64,000 nt of DNA. Source: Blasia pusilla. Its lineage: Eukaryota. The stretch is from assembly GCA_050084515.1 (NCBI GenBank), contig CM114271.1, positions 24,304,001-24,368,000 on the forward strand, written 5' to 3'. Positions 41,500-54,880 of the stretch are shown here, one piece after another (positions within the stretch are counted from its first letter, which is position 1; each line of letters begins with the position of its first letter). Made by a program: the position numbers and the translations under genes. The notes beneath the pieces are model-generated. The model saw nothing but the letters and a program-made list of their open reading frames with translations. It was not told the DNA's origin and searched no databases.

Positions 41500-44400
41500 C
41501 GTGACTCCTCTGCATTCGTTCCATTTTCGGTTATGTCACAAAGGCCATTAAAGCTTCCTCTCTATATACAGTACTTGCCCCAACCAATGACACTCTCCGC
41601 ACTTGCAAAACTAGCTCGGCCTGCCCCAAAAATCCTGAATGATTTATTATATCATCGGTTGAAAAATCAAATCCTTCTCCTACCCTTCTAGACCTAGCTG
41701 ATTTTTGCATAACTACTCTCCATCTTGGGTTTTCTTCATCATCCGTATAGAACACTTGCTCTAGTTGACTTGAGAGACAACTGGCTCATGATCTATAGGT
41801 ACCAACTTCCTAAAGTTGGCCAAAAGTAGACCATTATTGCCAAAGGCCATATTTGCATCATGAGAACCACAATTTGAGAAAACCCATTTTCCTATCATGA
41901 GTACCACGAGATTCTCTAATTTCCCATAGTCCGATACTAAGATATATGTCAAAGTTTCCATGTAAGGATATTGACAAGCTTGATCTAGACCATTTGAACT
42001 TTCTGCCAAGAAAATAGATGCAATACCTGAATCATATGTACTGCAGGAACTGCCCACATCCACCCTGTAGTGATTTCCATATGCTCTCATCTTCTTATAT
42101 GAAAGACATGTTCGAGATGGAGGCACACTAAGTTGTCTTGATAAATCAACTATTTCCTTACCATCAGCAATCAATTCTCTTATCTTAAAACGTATCCATT
42201 CAGGAAATGGGATGTCACACACCATAGAATCTTTATATTGTCTACACAAAAAACAAACCAAAGGCCACATATTTGATAATCACTTCTAAAATGGTTTCCT
42301 CACTCGAATTTAATTTTACAAACTGAAAGAATACAAGAACTACTATCACAAAAATACTTACTTAATCCAAGGTGTGAAGCATTATGTATTCTCCAACACA
42401 TACTGATGCACTACATCAATGAGCTCAACTCTCAGTTGGATTTTTGAGCTAGCACCTTCCAAGATTTTACCAATCGTGCCTTCCTCCTCGGAGGCATCCC
42501 ATACTCTGGTACTTATGACATTGTAGTCTTACATATACTCTGTTATAAACCCAAGTACCTCGTCCATAAAGTATCCTTTCAGCCAAACATGCTTCAGGTT
42601 GAGCACGAGAACGCACATATGCTTTCAACACATCCAAATATCTCGATAGGGTTCATCCATCGACATGAAACAGGACCACATGTATCTAGTTCCTATACCA
42701 AGTGGACCATAAGGTGAGTCATTACATCAAAGATGAAGGGGAAATTGGATCTCCATCAGGCATAAGGTTTGTGCTACATATTCTTTAAAGGAAAATAAAT
42801 CTCTAGGATCCCAAGTCTTAACAAAAAGATGTCGAAAGACTCTTGATATATGCATGATAGTCATACTCATTGGAGCACTCATAAGATTCCGTAAACAATA
42901 GGGCATTAGTTGCTGCATGAAAATATGAAGATCGTGGGACTTCAAGCAACCTATCTTTTACCTTAAGATATGTTTTTGTAAGGCACCAACATACCCACTC
43001 GGGACTTCTAAGGCTTGAACCCTTGCCATGAATATTCTTGCCTCATCTGATGTCAATACGTAGTCTGCCTTGGGGTTCAACTTAACTCCTATTCTACTAG
43101 GATGAGGTTGGAGCCATAAATGTGGCCTAATCCCTCTAACTTCCATATCAACCCTAACCTGGGCGGAATCTATTTTATTGAGTCGAAAAATGGTTTTCAA
43201 GGTATTTTCGACCACATTTTTTTTCGCAATGCATCACAACGAGTGCGTGGCGAATCAACAAGTCTTGAAAAATGAACTAGTATTTTTTAAGGTTGCACTC
43301 ATAGTATAAAAGAAATGTATGAACGAATATAAATATTTTGATAGCTATATTGCAAAGACGTGGCCCATTGTATCTCACCTTCCAATAAGGCAAGTCAAAT
43401 AATATGGTCCTTCGTAGCCACTCCATATATTTTATATGGATTTGGGAGGGGCTAGTCACCCCTCCTTTGCTTGGGTTTTGTACCCTCATCATACTCCCAC
43501 TTCAATTCAGCCCATGGTAATACATCAAAGCTTGGTACTCGAGTTGGTGCTATACGATATTCAATCTTGCGATTGAAATGAACTTCCATTCAACTTCTAT
43601 ATGGATGGTTCCTCTCCACACAGCGTCGATGACCTTGAAATATGGGCTTATATAAGGACTTAGAGTAATACGAGTCTAGTAACGGTCCATAAAGTGAACA
43701 AGCAAGCTTTCCTTTCGTGGCTTGACCATAAACTACACCCAATCCCGGATAGACACTGAGTGTCCATATGATCATGGCTCTGAAAGTGAAATCTTTATTA
43801 CGAAACTGACTTCTACTATCATAAGCCAAAACACCCTTCCATAATATTCCTAACTCTTCTACAAGGGGAGCTAGGTAGACATCCAAGTTTGTAGATGTAA
43901 TTGACTCCTTACCAAGAATTATAAGAGCTAGCTGAAGGAAGAACTTCTTGGTACAAAGCCAAGATGGGAGATTATAATTGATCAAAACCACTGGCCAAGT
44001 TGACCAAACACTATTTTTTTCACCAAATAGATTCACCCCATCTAATGCTAATCCAAGCCGACAATTACCAGGCTTAAGACAAAAATCTGGCCACAACTCA
44101 TCTATTTTCCTCCATTGTTTCGAATCCCCTGTATGCCTCACCAATCCATCTCCACTCTTATTATTGGATGTCCATAACATAAACTCAGCAATACTCTTGT
44201 ATCTATACATCCGTTTTGGCCCAGGAATAGTTGGAAAGTGTCAAAGAACTTTTATTGCAATCTTTGACTTCCCAACTTCCTTGAACCGTTTTTCACGGCT
44301 CTTGAAACATTCATTCAAGTCGTTGTGCAATCCTGGGAAGAGCATACATCCACTTGGACATGCATGTATGTGAACATAGTTCAATCCCAACTTTATAATG

Positions 44401-45137
44401 AGCTTCTTGGATGCATAGTGATTTTTTGGCACTATCTTGTTGAGAGGTAAGACTTGAACCGCCAAAAATCTTAAAAGCTCATCTACAACTATGTTTGGGA
44501 TACTATGTGCACCACATATGTTCAAAAATAACATTGTGAATGCTAGTTTACATGCTTCTTGGAATGCATCACAACTGGCATTCCAATCATCCTCACAATC
44601 CTATACTTCATCTTCACTTGCCCTACATTCAAGAGGAGCATCATCCTCATTATGCCTTGATGAAGAGTGTGGGTTGTTTGTGGTGGGCTCATTGTGTCCA
44701 TTGTCAAATTCATGGAATGCTTCATTTATCATCCTATGCATCTCTATGTCTTTATCAAACTTAGTGGATAAAGGAGGGGGGATATTGTCCTCATTAATTA
44801 GAGTTGGAGGTTGGAAATCCTCTTTAAACAAGTCTTGGTTGTTGGGTTGGGATGATTCCCTCTCAACATCCGAGGATTCATAGTCATTCATATTCTTGCA
44901 AATTTGATTTGGAGGATATCTTTTGTACAAAATGAGACGTTTTTCAACTACGTGCAAGAGACAGAATTTGATTCCTCTACACTTGTTATAAGGGCACCTA
45001 ATTTTCTTCAACTTGAGGATCCTAGCTGCCTCCTTCTCTCTTCGCCAAAGCTTCTCGTCATGGGTAGAAGTCCCTCTAGGAACATTTATGTTTGGCTTAT
45101 TTCCTTGAGAAATTATCCCACCTCTTGATGTCTCCAT
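41500..45137 (-). pseudogene. CACTA TnpD transposase pseudogene (Transposase_21, DUF4218, DUF4216)
   Basis: IHACPSGCMLF; RLGLALDGVNLFG...STWPVVLINYNLP; LFDLPYWK; KSHDLHIFMQQL; VFYTDDEENPRWRVV. Frameshifts and stops present; probable introns near 43260-43378 and 42240-42360. Confidence 0.92.
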
Positions 45138-46464
45138 TCTAGCTAGCTATCAACATTTGAATAGATTTAGTTGTTTTGTTTCAGCTACTATACATTCACT
45201 TCTGTTCTTAATGATTTCTCCATTGCCCCTTCTTTCTCTACCATGGACCACACATCTACTTTGTTATTCTTAACTTTCACCTCCTCATATAATGAGGAGG
45301 TGAAAGTTAAGAATGACAAAGTAGATGTGTGGCCTCCTTCACTACCTCCCACATGTATAACTTGGCTGTAAGTTTTGTGGATACACTGTTAATCTCTTGT
45401 TAACATTAAGATAATATATGCTGTCATAGAACTTTCTTGTCTTAAAATCAAAGTCAAAGATGGAAGTCGTCACACATTTGACTCATTTTTTTGGTGACCA
45501 CTCGGTGAATTTATTTCTCACTCCCTCTTCTTCCTTCCAAGCCTTGTTATTCATTCTTCTCTTCTCTTTAAAATCACGGTTCCACCAGTAAGCTAGAGCT
45601 TCACTTGCTTCCTCCTCACTTAGAAAATCCTCGACATAGTAATGAGTGCTCTCCTCTTAAATCCTGTTTAAATCTACCTCTACCTTCTCAATATTTTGTT
45701 ACTCTATCTCCTCTTTGCGAGTTACATATCGAACATGTGGTTTGTCGGACTCATCCTTTCAAGTAGTGTATCTTGGTTCAACAGAGACCATATACCCTCA
45801 CCACCTATAAGTCAATCCACAAATGACATAATTACATAATCATAAAGTTACGCACATACTTTCAAAAATAAAGTCTAGAGCATCTCCACAAGAGCCTAAC
45901 CATCTTGGAGTTGCTTGTTAGCAAAGATCAAACTCTCTTAATTAAGATCAACTTCTACAAGCAACCATACCAATGACTTGATGCTTAGCCAGTTCTATAT
46001 ATCTTGAACATAAATGAAGCACTCATATATCACACAGAAGGAAGAGAGACATGGGCTTGCCACAAGCACAACTAATCAACCATTTGAGAAAAAAGTAGTG
46101 GAGATTGTAGAAGTTTTCCATAATCAGGCAAACCCATCCAGATCTCCTGGGCCATGGAATTCTGAAGCAAAAAGATTTGTGAGGGTAGACCTACACCCAA
46201 AAATACATGTGCGAGCCAAGGTCAATCCCATTGGTACAACTCAATTTTAGATCACTAGAATGGATCAATCCCGTTCCATGGAAGATAATCCTATTTGAAA
46301 TTATTACTGCAGATTGGGTCGCTAATTGCTATGACATAAGGAGCTCGAACAAAGTGGTACATCGTCTAGAGGGAAGGACTATGAGATGAGGGGATTCAAT
46401 TGAGAGAGCACTGTGGATCAAAGGGAGAGGGGCTTGGTAGTGGGTATTCTACAAGACATTGAGC

Positions 46465-47000
46465 TTCAGACAACACACAAGATGGGAGTGCAATTTTATG
46501 GTAGTGGAGGATGAGCCTTAGGTGTCAAGGAAATATTTAGTGGATGTGCTGGTGTGTACTTGTTCTCCAACTGCTCCTTCTCTTTTTGCCTTCCCGCCAA
46601 TCTGCAATCTATGATGGTGGTTACTTAAGTTTCTTGAATGAGAAGTATCACATTATTGAATGCAAGTACTGGTACACACTTCAGACAACACACAAGATGA
46701 GAGGGCAGTTTTATGGTTGCTGAGGAGGAGCCTTATATGGCAAAGTTTTTTTTATGGATGTCCACGTGTGTACTTGTTCTCCAATTGCTCCTTCTCGTTT
46801 CTCCTCGCCGCCAATCTGCAATCCATGGTGGTGATTAGTTAAGTTTCTCAAAGGAGAAGTCCCACATCATTGAATGCAAAGATTCGCACACACTTCAAAC
46901 AACACACAAGATGAGAGTGCAGGTTTCTGGTAGTTGAGGATGAGCCTTACGTGTCAAGGAAATCTTTTTGTGGATGTGCAAGTGTGTACTTGTTCTCTGC
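46465..47000. repeat. Tandem repeat, ~214-bp unit, ~2.5 copies
   Basis: ttcagacaacacacaagatg recurs at ~46465, ~46680 and ~46894, with collinear downstream sequence. Confidence 0.9.
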
Positions 47001-48141
47001 CACCCTTTCTACTTTCTTTTTATGGTGTCTGATTGAACTTGGTTAGCTAGGGATTTACATGAAGAAGCTCATGATCATTAAATGTGAATATTACAATCAT
47101 TTAGGCAAGAACTCATGATGAGTCTAATCTCAATGGAGGATGGATGCCAATGCATCATTGCACGATAGTGAGAAAGCTAATCCTAAGCAGGGCTCATCCA
47201 TTCTTGTTTTGCAGATGAGACGCATGGGCAAAGTCTTGGAAACCAAGTTTTTTGTCTCAGTAGGCAAAAATTTCTACGATGTTGGCTTGAAAGGGGTAAA
47301 TAACGGAAAATTCAAGACATCTTACATTGACATTTAGAGTCCACCGAAATTGCAGACAATGGGGTATGCATGTCTCCAAATGCTCTTGCTAATCATGCTA
47401 GTGCTCTTGAGGAGCCTTCCCCAACACAATGAACGAATGTAGATTCTAACCAGAGCTCATATTTATACGGTCATCGATCTACACTATTGCATAGATTTTC
47501 AAAAAAAGACATCGGCGGTGGAACTCAGACCGCATACAACTGATCTAAGTGAAATAGAGAAAGAGATATAGCTATCCTAGAAAACCGATGATCGGATCTG
47601 AGCAACATTGTGCCCTAACACATTGCTCGCCCTTAGCCTTGGGCCTTTCCCTAAGGTATGCCAGGGGTCGGGCAAGTCAGCTTGGTAATTTTTATTATTA
47701 GCTCCGCTTCATAGGAGTTGATAGTATAGACTCCGTATCATCTTCCACTCATTCAAACGCCTTTGTCCTAAACCAATCGATCCCAATACACCTCCCAATT
47801 ACGGTGGCTAGAGTGATTCTAAAACTTGACATGGGTGATGCGGGAAGAGAGAAGAGAGAAGTAGAAAAAGAGATGATAATCCCCTTAATCGATCTAAAGC
47901 TTATCCCATTGATCGATCTAGTCTATCCTCTATTAAACCTCCATAATAGTAACCTCTTGGTACTCTAGCAATTCAGCGTGGTACTCTATTGCTTGCTTCC
48001 CACCATGGATCTCCTATATTTCTGCCCCTCTCCGAACGATCAAGTTTACCCTCTTATGTAATTAGATGTGTACTTTGTCTAGCGCTTTCCACCTATCAAT
48101 CGATCGATATTCTTACTTGTGATTCCCTTGACTTGAGCCCC

Positions 48142-48371
<230 letters not shown>

Positions 48372-48379
48372 ATTTCAGG

Positions 48380-48574
48380 CTAGAGAATTGAACCCCCGAG
48401 AGCATCACCCAAGGTGTAGTGAGGTGGCAAATCATGCTCATTTGGCTGCCACAAGTTATGATCCAAAAAAGTAAGATGGACGGTCTTGAGTTCCACTCGC
48501 ACTATTCCGGGAGGAATATCACTTCCATAAAATTGTTCCTGTCCACTCAAACCCCTCACCACACCATTTCCCAA
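48380..48574 (-). pseudogene. CACTA TnpA-like (Transposase_23-type) fragment
   Basis: FYGSDIPPGIVRVELKTV...TLGDALGGSIL motif. Confidence 0.6.
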
Positions 48575-49124
48575 TATTATCCTACTAAACTTCGGTTATA
48601 TGATGTGAACTTCATCTCCCACTTGAAGATGCAAACACAAGATAGAACAGGAAGTCACAAATATCCATAATTTAGAAGAATGACTTATAACATAGAATCC
48701 AATAACCACATGCTTTTACCTTGGTGAAGGTCCAACCTTGGAGAGGTGTAAATCTTGATAACTTCACAGATCCCACTTGATATAAATAATCCTCCATCAT
48801 TTATAATACCAAAGTATAAATGTTTAGGATATCTAGAAATATTATCATGAATCTAATACACCCTCAAAATTTAATATAAAAGTAAATTTACCTTCCCCTT
48901 GAGTTTCTTATTGCTCCTTGATTTCACATCGCCGTCATGTTTGCTACTCGCAGCCTGAATTGTGTTGCCTTGTACTCTTCCTAAACGTCCCTTTTTTTTT
49001 CAGAGATAAGTGCGCGACAAGGATGGAATCTGCACATTTTGAGAAATAGTCTTGAAATAATGGTGTCGAAGACCATAATTGCAATGTTTAATCTGCATGA
49101 AAATCATACCAATCAGGATGTTAT

Positions 49125-49125
<1 letters not shown>

Positions 49126-49177
<52 letters not shown>
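49126..49177. repeat. (AG)n microsatellite
   Basis: Directly visible. Confidence 0.97.
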
Positions 49178-49182
<5 letters not shown>

Positions 49183-51289
49183 TAACTCTTGCCTCTGATT
49201 TGTTCTTCCTATCTTACAATCTTCTAAGCTCGATGGAGATTTCCCGGCCACGAAGAAGCAAAAAACTTAGGCAAGCACATAAAGCCAATACGTGTATTTT
49301 TTTCCTCTCTCCGAACAATCAAGTCTACCCTCCTATGTAATCAGATGTGTATTTTGTCGTGCGCTTTCACCTATCAATCGATTGATCAATATTCTTGCCT
49401 ATGATTGCCTTAATCTCAGCCTCTCGGACATTGTACAAGAAAGTATAAGTTTTGCTTCCACCATAGTGATTGCTTGAGTCTTGAGACTCACTGTCCGCGA
49501 AGATGTGATGTAAATCGCAAAGAAGCAACTATTGAATGTAAACTTAGGGCATGAAGAAGTCTTAAAACACTTCAAGGAAACCAAAAATCGAGACACAGAT
49601 CTTGCACACAAGCACAAAAAGACGGGAGTGTCCTCTCGAGAAGGTGATGCTCGGCCTTTCGTTTTGGTTTAGGAAATTCATTAAACAAGCGATAAGACGG
49701 TAGAGAAATGTCAAGACAAAAGGAGCCATTGCCCGAAAAAATTACTCGACTTTAGTTATAAAAGCTGGAGCCTCCTCACTTGTGAAAATACCACATTCGA
49801 GGGAGATGATCATGACAGCTTATGTACGAGCTCCTTGGCTACTTATGGCTAGAAGAAGGTGATGAGCACTTACCTATGATCCATCTTATGATCACGCACT
49901 TGGCCCTCTAGAATCGAAAGCCACAATTATTTAATTCATCACTCTCCAGAGCAAAGCTCTAATCTCCAACTCTTGTATCAGGACCACAAGAGCATTCGTT
50001 TACTCCCTCTCTTTCATGTTGAGACTCTGCTCAATATGTCTCCACTCTTCCCTGTCCTACAGAAATAGCGACGGAAATTCCCAAGTCTTCTACAACCTTC
50101 GCATCAACCGGTCCCTCCCCAACCCTTTAAAATCCGGTTCTCCACAGATTTGTGAAAGAGAGAGTCACCTTGAGTGTTGTTACGGGAGAATAACGACCAT
50201 AGTTTCCTTCCTAACAAAGAAACCTAGTGCTCTTGATGGATTGTGTCGAAGGATATTTGTCAACAAACCTTAGTTCAACCAAGAGTACGTGCTTACCGCG
50301 AGAAACAAGCTGCAAAAGTATCGAGAGGAAGTGGAATTGAGAATGAAAGAAAAGAAAAAATAATCTCGCGTAGTTAGGGTATAATTTGCCAACTTGGCAA
50401 TAGTTTTAATATAGCAACTAAAATTTTAACTACATCAAATTATTTCTAATACTACTAGTCATAGTTTAGTCATATTTTTACACGTCGTATTGAGGATTAA
50501 ATTTGAATTTAAACTCATTTATCATAGATGCCACGTCTTAGTTATTTTGCACTAATCTAATAATTTTTAATGACATGTAATTAGTTAATAATTATTATAT
50601 TGAAAAAATTCATTATGATTTTTTTTTAAAATCAGTGTCATACCCTCTAGTTATTCTTAATAAGTAAGTTATACTAAATTACGCTAGATATGTCTCTTTA
50701 GTTATATGTAGTGGTATAGTAGTCTTATTGGAGTTTAGTTGTAAGGGGCTTAGTGCTAAAAACACCATATTCCTTCTAGTGTTTCTATGAGTTCTCTAAA
50801 AGCTTATTTGCTAGGTAGTTCAACAAAGGGACGCTCACTTGCTATTTCAAGTTCCCATTCTCTTTTGAACAATTATTTACATCATGAGCCGCTACTTGTT
50901 GCTAAAATTTACTAATCCTAAAACTAAAATGAGAATTTATTTCTCATGAAGTGAAAATAGGAAGTGATGATTGAAATTCCAATTTATTTCTCACTGATTG
51001 TGATATCTTCATATCCATTTGTAAGCTTTCTTCCCTTACAACTCACTCTGGATAACCTTCCAACACTCCTATACACTCCTAACGCTTGAATCTACCATCA
51101 CTCTTCTTATTTATCCTCTATATCCATCTTATTCTTATTCAACCTCTTTAGTATCAGCTACTCTTCGTCAGAAAGTTCAACCTCTATTCCTCCTTAATAG
51201 CCTAGGAAAATATCCCAACCTTGAGTGGTATGGGCGGAGGACTTAGATTGAATCTGATGAATCCTATCGGTTTCACGTCATGTAAGTGA

Positions 51290-51590
51290 CTTGGTGAAGC
51301 TCAAGGTTGTATGTGGACAAACTCCGTGTCCACAGACATGTCCATGGACTTACCTCCATCATATGGTGACACTTGTCAATGTGGGTGGCCTCTTTCACAT
51401 TCCCCCCACTTGCCTCTATCTTCCGCACTTTTCTGTTTCTTTCTCCCTCCATCTCCACTCCTTCCCTATTTATTGCCCCGCACGCCCCTCCTATGCATTC
51501 CACCATGAGCTATAAGTTTGGACATGTCCAAAAATGTATGTCCATGATCATTGTAGGAACGGACTTGTCCATTTTTTTGCAACCATAGTG
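51290..51590. mobile_element. Terminus of a second CACTA family
   Basis: Ends caaccaTAGTG (reverse complement CACTATGGTTG) with ggac/gtcc subterminal repeats; 51517-51587 resembles 21696-21767. Confidence 0.55.
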
Positions 51591-53299
51591 AAGTTTCCAA
51601 GCACCAATCAATTTTGAGTCCCTTGAGTTGCATATCATCTCCTCGGGAAATTTCTTCCATGAGCCTTGACTAATATTTCCCAACCTCTCAGCCAAATTGG
51701 AGTGCAATAGTTGATTTTTGGAGATGGGTCCCAAACGATTTCTTTACTCGATCAATCTTGAAACATGGCCAAAACACAAAACACGTACATGGTTAAATCC
51801 TTGTTCCAAGACTCAAAAGGGTAGGGAAAGAGAGTATATCTCCCTATAGGTACTAATGGGATTCTTTGAGGGTCCCTCCTTTTCCCAATATCCACCACAA
51901 GATATTGATTTCGACACATAATCCTAATGTAGTTTGCATCTCACGAAGCTTCTTTGACTAATTAACCCTCGAGATGACTTGGGGGAGTCTCTTGGAAAAT
52001 TTTGCCTATCTTGACATCCTGAAAGTCATATTTGAACCTCAACCTATATCTCTTGCATCATAAATGATCTCAACTTCTAATCTTTGGTGTCTCGTGTTCA
52101 TCTTTCCAACGTCGATTTTCTTGCAACTAGTCTCATGCCGTCTGGTTCATTTTGACTATTCTTGACTTTCCTCCTCTACCCTTGACCTAGAACTTTGATC
52201 AATGATCTTTTACATATCTTTCTTATTCATCTTTCCTTATTATTTCCTACAATATATATTAATTAGGGGATATATAGACGATCTTCCACTTCACTTTGAA
52301 GAGGACTGTTACTCCTATATCTGGAGAAAGTGGCAATAGGTGAAAATGATCTTCACTTTATAGATCTTCTGCACATAAATCATATTCAACTTTAATCTCA
52401 TATCTTTCTTTCTCTTGAAGTTAACACTTTTAGAATCACCCTTCCGTCCACATCAATTGCAAGATCCAAGCATCCTTTGTTGCGAGCTTAAATCCCAACG
52501 ATTTTCATCATCATTACCTTTTATTTGGTATTGATTTATGATAGGTTGTGTCAAATTATGTTGATCGCATATTTGTGTTGAAGAAAATATGATTTAGGCA
52601 TTCACATCATCTATACTAAAATAGTAAAATTATACATTCTACAACAAGGGTGTGTGATTATTTTCCAAACATTAAGCTTTGTCAATGGGAGAACTTGTAG
52701 TTTGATTGCTTTATTTATATTGTGAAATGAAAATGTGATGTATACACAACATTGTAATTTGGACTTGTTGCATACAAACCTACTTACGTAGAGCACCAAG
52801 AAATGCTAAAATGAATCTACATTGAGCCATAAGGGTATTGGCCCCACCGCCTTAAGATGCCCTACCGGAGCAATAAACATATAAGCTTGACTTGTAACAA
52901 CACATCTTGAGGCCGAGATATAAAAAATACAAAACATACATAAAAATTCTCCATCTGGTACTATATTTATATCAAAATAATAAAATATATAGTTATCAAA
53001 ATATCCCCCACTCATCCCAATAAGTGACTTGGCTATAAAAAATGGCGAATATTGATCAAGAAAGTCCAAGGAAAAGCTATAACTTCTCTATAAGAATCAA
53101 CCTCGTCAACATGTCTACAAGATTTATCTCTTTTCTTATCTTCTAGACACACACAACCTCTAGAAAATGATGAACTTGACATAATAGGTTTTGTTCTTTG
53201 ATGATACATTTGGTTTTCAGCCAAACAAATTGCATTGTTGGTATCACAAAGCGATATATATGTATAGAACTTTATCTTAAATTAATTAGCCCAAGCTTA

Positions 53300-54880
53300 T
53301 TGATAATTCCATTTAGCTATATATTCTCTTTTTTTGCCTCCCTAGATACAATGTAATTTAACTCTAAATGGATTGCAATACACACTTCTAACTTACAACA
53401 CCACCTATTAATGTGACCACATAACACGCACCGGGTGTCTTGAATCCAAGCTTGGACTAGAGGGGACTTAAGACTCTACAAAATAACAATCCAAAAAGAC
53501 TATCATATTTCTTCTTCCCACATTTTCTCCATGAATATAATACCATCTTCCATAATCTTGATCGAACATACAAAAAATCCATTGCGTATCCTCATAATAC
53601 CCTTACCCTCAATCTATCATAAAAAGTGATGATAAAATCATAACATATGAGATGTGTAATTAATATGGTAGATACCCTTAAATACACTAAAGATCTCACC
53701 ACACTTATCCAATATCATATGCTTTGACATGATACAATATTGAAGAGAGCTTGAAAAAGTCATGCAAAAGTGCTCACTAGTTTTGTATTCTCCATGCCAA
53801 CATATCCTCAATATAATTCCTTTGAGAGATCCATGATGTATTCTTCTTCCTATCCCTAGAAATCGATACATTGAAAACCATTTGTACGTACCTAAATCTT
53901 CCATATCAAACTCTTAGCTAAGTGGCATCAATAGTCTTTTACTGTAAACAAATTTACTACATAGTTATATTTCAAAACTTTATAACATCCACATGATATA
54001 AGAAAATGAATTGGATTTCTTCAACTTATTGAAGTTTATCTGATAGTCATAATTGCTCTAGATATAGCTTTACTAGGTTATAAAAGAATCAAAACTTTTG
54101 AGCCACTGTCTAATAATTGTTTTTAGGCCATAGGTAACTTCATCAATAAGCACAACAATATTTTATTTTCCTTGTATCTTGAAACCTTATGCTCAATCCA
54201 TATAGATTTCCACCTCTGACTCTTAATGCAAGAAAAGGGCACTTTTGACGTCTAAATTCTCTATCTCCAAATTTTCGAATATATTGATGACTAAAAATTC
54301 AGGAATAGAAGTAATATTTACCATGAGAGAGAATATATTATTGAAGTCCTTGTATTAATTTTGTGTCTACCACTTTATGATTTGCTTTCTACCTAAAAAC
54401 TTGTGATTAATCATGTAGACCATCATATTTCTCATATTCAATTTAACTACAGATACAATTTTCCTTAATGGTTAGTTAGATTTTATTTTTCTGGTGTACG
54501 AGTACTTGTAACAAGCTCAACTACTCAAATGACATAAAAACGATTTAAGGCCATGGTTAGCACAATAAAAGCCCTTGCAAAATTATGATATGTGCACACA
54601 AATCCTTATAGCAGCAACTTAGATAGACAATATCCTTCCTCTCATAGACCATATTTGTTACATTATGTATGTCATGGGCTAAGAAATATAGAGTGTGTCT
54701 TCCATCTAGCATATGTTATTTTTGAAATCCATAATCAACTAATTCGTCATGAAATTTGGAAATTCAAAGAACATAACTCCGTTCCTCTAAATTCATAATT
54801 AAATGTTTGACTATGTCACAATATGTGTTTTGGATTTTTAGAAGAATGAATGAAGGTTTTATAATTAAATTTCTCATATT
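53300..54880 (-). mobile_element. Highly degenerate Copia RT/RNase H remnant
   Basis: Minus-strand fragments MEDLG...RFLG, LDVKSA and YVVTLIGGVV; many stops. Confidence 0.7.

Noticed and set aside
47530-47860. Possible RTE-like 3' end inside the CACTA element
   Set aside because: Only a vague resemblance; no tail or TSD identified.
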